NCBI GenBank assembly: GCA_965197475.1
Contig: CBDANF010000003.1
Span: forward strand, 2,272,001 to 2,336,000
DNA: 64,000 nt
Source of the DNA: Candidatus Poribacteria bacterium
GTDB taxonomy: Bacteria > Poribacteria > WGA-4E > WGA-3G
Direction: 5' to 3'
The notes under the pieces are model-generated. The model was not told where the DNA came from. It worked only from the letters and a program-made list of their open reading frames with translations, and did not search any database. Shown in pieces: positions 61,572 to 64,000 of this stretch (position 1 is its first letter; each line of letters starts with the position of its first letter). The position numbers were made by a program, and so were the translations under genes.

Positions 61572-62933
61572 CTATTGTTCCTTCAAAAGACGTTCAATTT
61601 CTAAAGCGACTTCAGGATCAGTTTTCTTGAGACGTTGGACACCTTCTTTTCCTGGGTATCGTGTAGTGATTTCATAAGCACGCACGATGCGTTCGGGATC
61701 AAACATGGGTTTTCCACCTTCAAGATGTCTCTCTACCTCTATGATGAGGAAGTCACTCCTTCGATTAACGAGTTTCCTGCTTAGGATATTTTGCACCCAA
61801 TCTCGAAATTGGTAGAATTCCCGTATTTCTCTTTCCTGTTGCGCATTAACCGATTGAAACGTTAACACCTTGCGAATTGTATTCTCGTTAGGATCGGGCA
61901 CCAATTTAATTGCTGACTTCCAGTACTTCCCTCCTTCAATCGCATACAAATTGCTTTCATCAGCATAGAAATAATCGACATGTATTAGAGAAGGGGGAAA
62001 TTTCTCCTTTTCACGGTTTTCACGGTTCCGTATTGTTATACTCTTTTTGTAGCAAAACCATGCAGTCTTTACATCACCGAGCCTTTCGTATTCCCTGCCT
62101 AAGCCCATAAGTCCGAGTGTGGGATCAAGAAGGTTCGCCCTCTTGAGATATTGAAGTGCTTCCTCAGGAGAGTGGTCAAGCAAACGATATCCTAATCCGC
62201 TCAGTGTAGGTGGATGATTGGGGTGCTTGATGAGAATCTTGCGGTATAGCGCGGCAGCTTTCGTATTGTCTTTTTCATAACGAACCATGTGTGCTTGAGC
62301 ATCAGGGTTGTCCGGATCTTTGGCGAGAATACGTTCCGCGTAGGCTTTGACTGTATCCCTTGATACCAGTATTCTATTGAAGTATCTAAAAGCACGGCGA
62401 GGTTCCAGTTTTTCTAATATGGTAGGTTTGTAAATATGCTGGGATTCAAGGAAGTCAACAACATATTCAAGGTCTATCTTTCCTTGTTTGTATTTGCCCA
62501 TTATAACTGCAAGTGTGATATCCACATGCATTGGGTCAAGAAATGCTTGAATATCGGGTATAAGTTGTAAGGGGAAGATCACAGTATTGGCATCCGACAG
62601 GGGTTGTAGTTGTGGTGAGATTACATCATTGATGTCAGTCGAAAGTTGTACTGGTGATGAAATTTTATCACTGACAGGACGGGGCAGCACCCGTTTTTTC
62701 GGGATAGCGTGTTGACGGGCGCGCTTTCTGGTCAAAAAAGGTCGTTTTTTAGGCGTTTCAACGCGCAATTGTTCGTTTTGTGAGGTATTGTCATCAGTTT
62801 TTGTCTGTTGGCTAATACTCGGTAATTCTACATCATTATTGCGATTGGTGTTGTATGGTCTAAGTAAAATATAGCCAATCACCAGAATGCAGACGCTAAG
62901 AACACTAATGAGAAGTTTTGTGGTTTTTGACAT
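61572..62933 (-). CDS. Membrane-anchored TPR protein
   Basis: N-terminal TM; repeats ILAKDPDN, ILIKHPNH, LG..YERLGD..A..YKK. Confidence 0.75.
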   Translation of the reverse strand: MSKTTKLLISVLSVCILVIGYILLRPYNTNRNNDVELPSISQQTKTDDNTSQNEQLRVETPKKRPFLTRKRARQHAIPKKRVLPRPVSDKISSPVQLSTDINDVISPQLQPLSDANTVIFPLQLIPDIQAFLDPMHVDITLAVIMGKYKQGKIDLEYVVDFLESQHIYKPTILEKLEPRRAFRYFNRILVSRDTVKAYAERILAKDPDNPDAQAHMVRYEKDNTKAAALYRKILIKHPNHPPTLSGLGYRLLDHSPEEALQYLKRANLLDPTLGLMGLGREYERLGDVKTAWFCYKKSITIRNRENREKEKFPPSLIHVDYFYADESNLYAIEGGKYWKSAIKLVPDPNENTIRKVLTFQSVNAQQEREIREFYQFRDWVQNILSRKLVNRRSDFLIIEVERHLEGGKPMFDPERIVRAYEITTRYPGKEGVQRLKKTDPEVALEIERLLKEQ

Positions 62934-62966
62934 GGTATCCTCCAAGCACTTTCCACATTTACCTTT

Positions 62967-62995
62967 AATTTATCACAATTTTGTGTCAAAGTCAA
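62967..62995 (-). promoter_or_regulatory. Sigma-70-type promoter for the TPR gene
   Basis: TTGACT-N17-TAAATT with extended TG. Confidence 0.45.
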
Positions 62996-63022
62996 GAAAT
63001 TTGCTTTTCTGATAACCCTTCG

Positions 63023-64000
63023 TTAAGGATCAAGAGATAAGGGTTTGAGTTCGTTCGGTCCCGCTTCATACAGATATGGGTCCCTATCACTGTTTGGAAA
63101 ATACTGCGTGTAGACCGCTTTCCAGTCGCTGTTTGTCAACTTCCACCGTGGTGCAGGACCGAGTTTAAAGTAAATTATATCTGCTTCTTCCAAACTCTGA
63201 AAAGGGTAATCCCCTATTGGTGCGTCGCGGGTGCCAGGAATGAAAATTACAACGTTGTGAATATCTTCTTTCTTAACCAGCGGTGGTAATTTCTGATAGA
63301 CTCCACTCCAATTCTGATACACTTTCCCGATACGGACATAACTCCACACCGTGTTTACACTGAGCAACAAGAGACATATTCCAGCGACATAGGCGAGTTT
63401 GTTTTCCAATATCGGTTTTTTGAGTCGCTCATATAGGATAAACATTCCCTTCGCTGCAAGCGGAATGAAACCGAGAAATATCGACTCTGTGTAGTAGCGT
63501 GCATTGACCGGTGTAAATCCCCATGTTGACCCTTCAAAATAGAAAAACGCGTAAAGCAACAGACTCCCCACAATTAAAGCAATACATAACACATCATATC
63601 TGTTGCGTGAGGCATGAAAAAAGGGTATGAGGACAAAAAACCACGGTAATAGTAATGGCAAAAAGTCAAGAATGAAACTGAAGGACGCTTTAGGCTCTAC
63701 AAGCAAGTTCGGACGATAGTTTCCCCAACCAAGAGCATTGAAACTGATACATGGGAGAATGTGTCGCCAAGTCCTTTTAACTGCCCATTCGGGTTTAAAA
63801 TCAAAGGCATGCTCAAGATTCGGTTCGTAGCCTTCTGTGCGTTTCCCGAACCCTATTTTATCGTAAGGTTGCGCGGCGGTATGTGTAAACGTGAACGGGT
63901 TCCCGGTAAAATGGTGATTCCATGCCATACACACCAAAATCATGGCAGTAAATGGAATCAAGAAAATCCCTAACCGAAACATTAACTGCTTGCGTGTAGG
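63023..64000 (-). CDS. Polytopic membrane protein, GT-C/ArnT-like glycosyltransferase (5' end outside window)
   Basis: WN...TGNP, multiple TMs, RYY motif; frame open to the window edge. Confidence 0.6.
   Translation of the reverse strand, partial: PTRKQLMFRLGIFLIPFTAMILVCMAWNHHFTGNPFTFTHTAAQPYDKIGFGKRTEGYEPNLEHAFDFKPEWAVKRTWRHILPCISFNALGWGNYRPNLLVEPKASFSFILDFLPLLLPWFFVLIPFFHASRNRYDVLCIALIVGSLLLYAFFYFEGSTWGFTPVNARYYTESIFLGFIPLAAKGMFILYERLKKPILENKLAYVAGICLLLLSVNTVWSYVRIGKVYQNWSGVYQKLPPLVKKEDIHNVVIFIPGTRDAPIGDYPFQSLEEADIIYFKLGPAPRWKLTNSDWKAVYTQYFPNSDRDPYLYEAGPNELKPLSLDP

Noticed and set aside
1-64000. tRNA, rRNA, integrase, prophage, retron or TnpB genes
   Set aside because: None recognised by eye; a covariance-model scan would be needed to exclude small RNAs

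Overview
Bacterial chromosome segment, probably Candidatus Poribacteria (inferred from the C-terminal 'AVEP..KLSTTWA.LK' motif, LamG and GPWLWMI-domain proteins and a planctomycete-type MoxR/Bat cluster). Housekeeping genes are intact: obgE, proB, dnaK, and a TCA operon of a divergent citrate synthase, icd and mdh. They are interleaved with much accessory DNA: six IS elements (IS3, two IS1595, IS701, IS5, IS982), three restriction-modification systems (Type I-like with an HsdM/half-HsdS fusion, a Type II pair preceded by a trypsin-like protease and a membrane peptide, and a Type IIG gene inside the Bat operon), an HNH nuclease, PD-(D/E)xK proteins, two tandem secreted metzincins with a predicted sigma-54 promoter, and REP-like and heptamer repeats. 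Most notable: (1) a passenger-carrying IS1595 whose leader appears to encode convergent promoters, a ~70-nt antisense RNA and a two-state RBS-occluding structure; (2) a membrane peptide-protease-MTase-REase module inside the TCA operon; (3) a 393-bp integrase-less cassette that duplicated the 3' end of mdh. Several accessory genes carry small frameshifts, which could be decay or sequencing error. All calls come from motif reading only; no searches were run.
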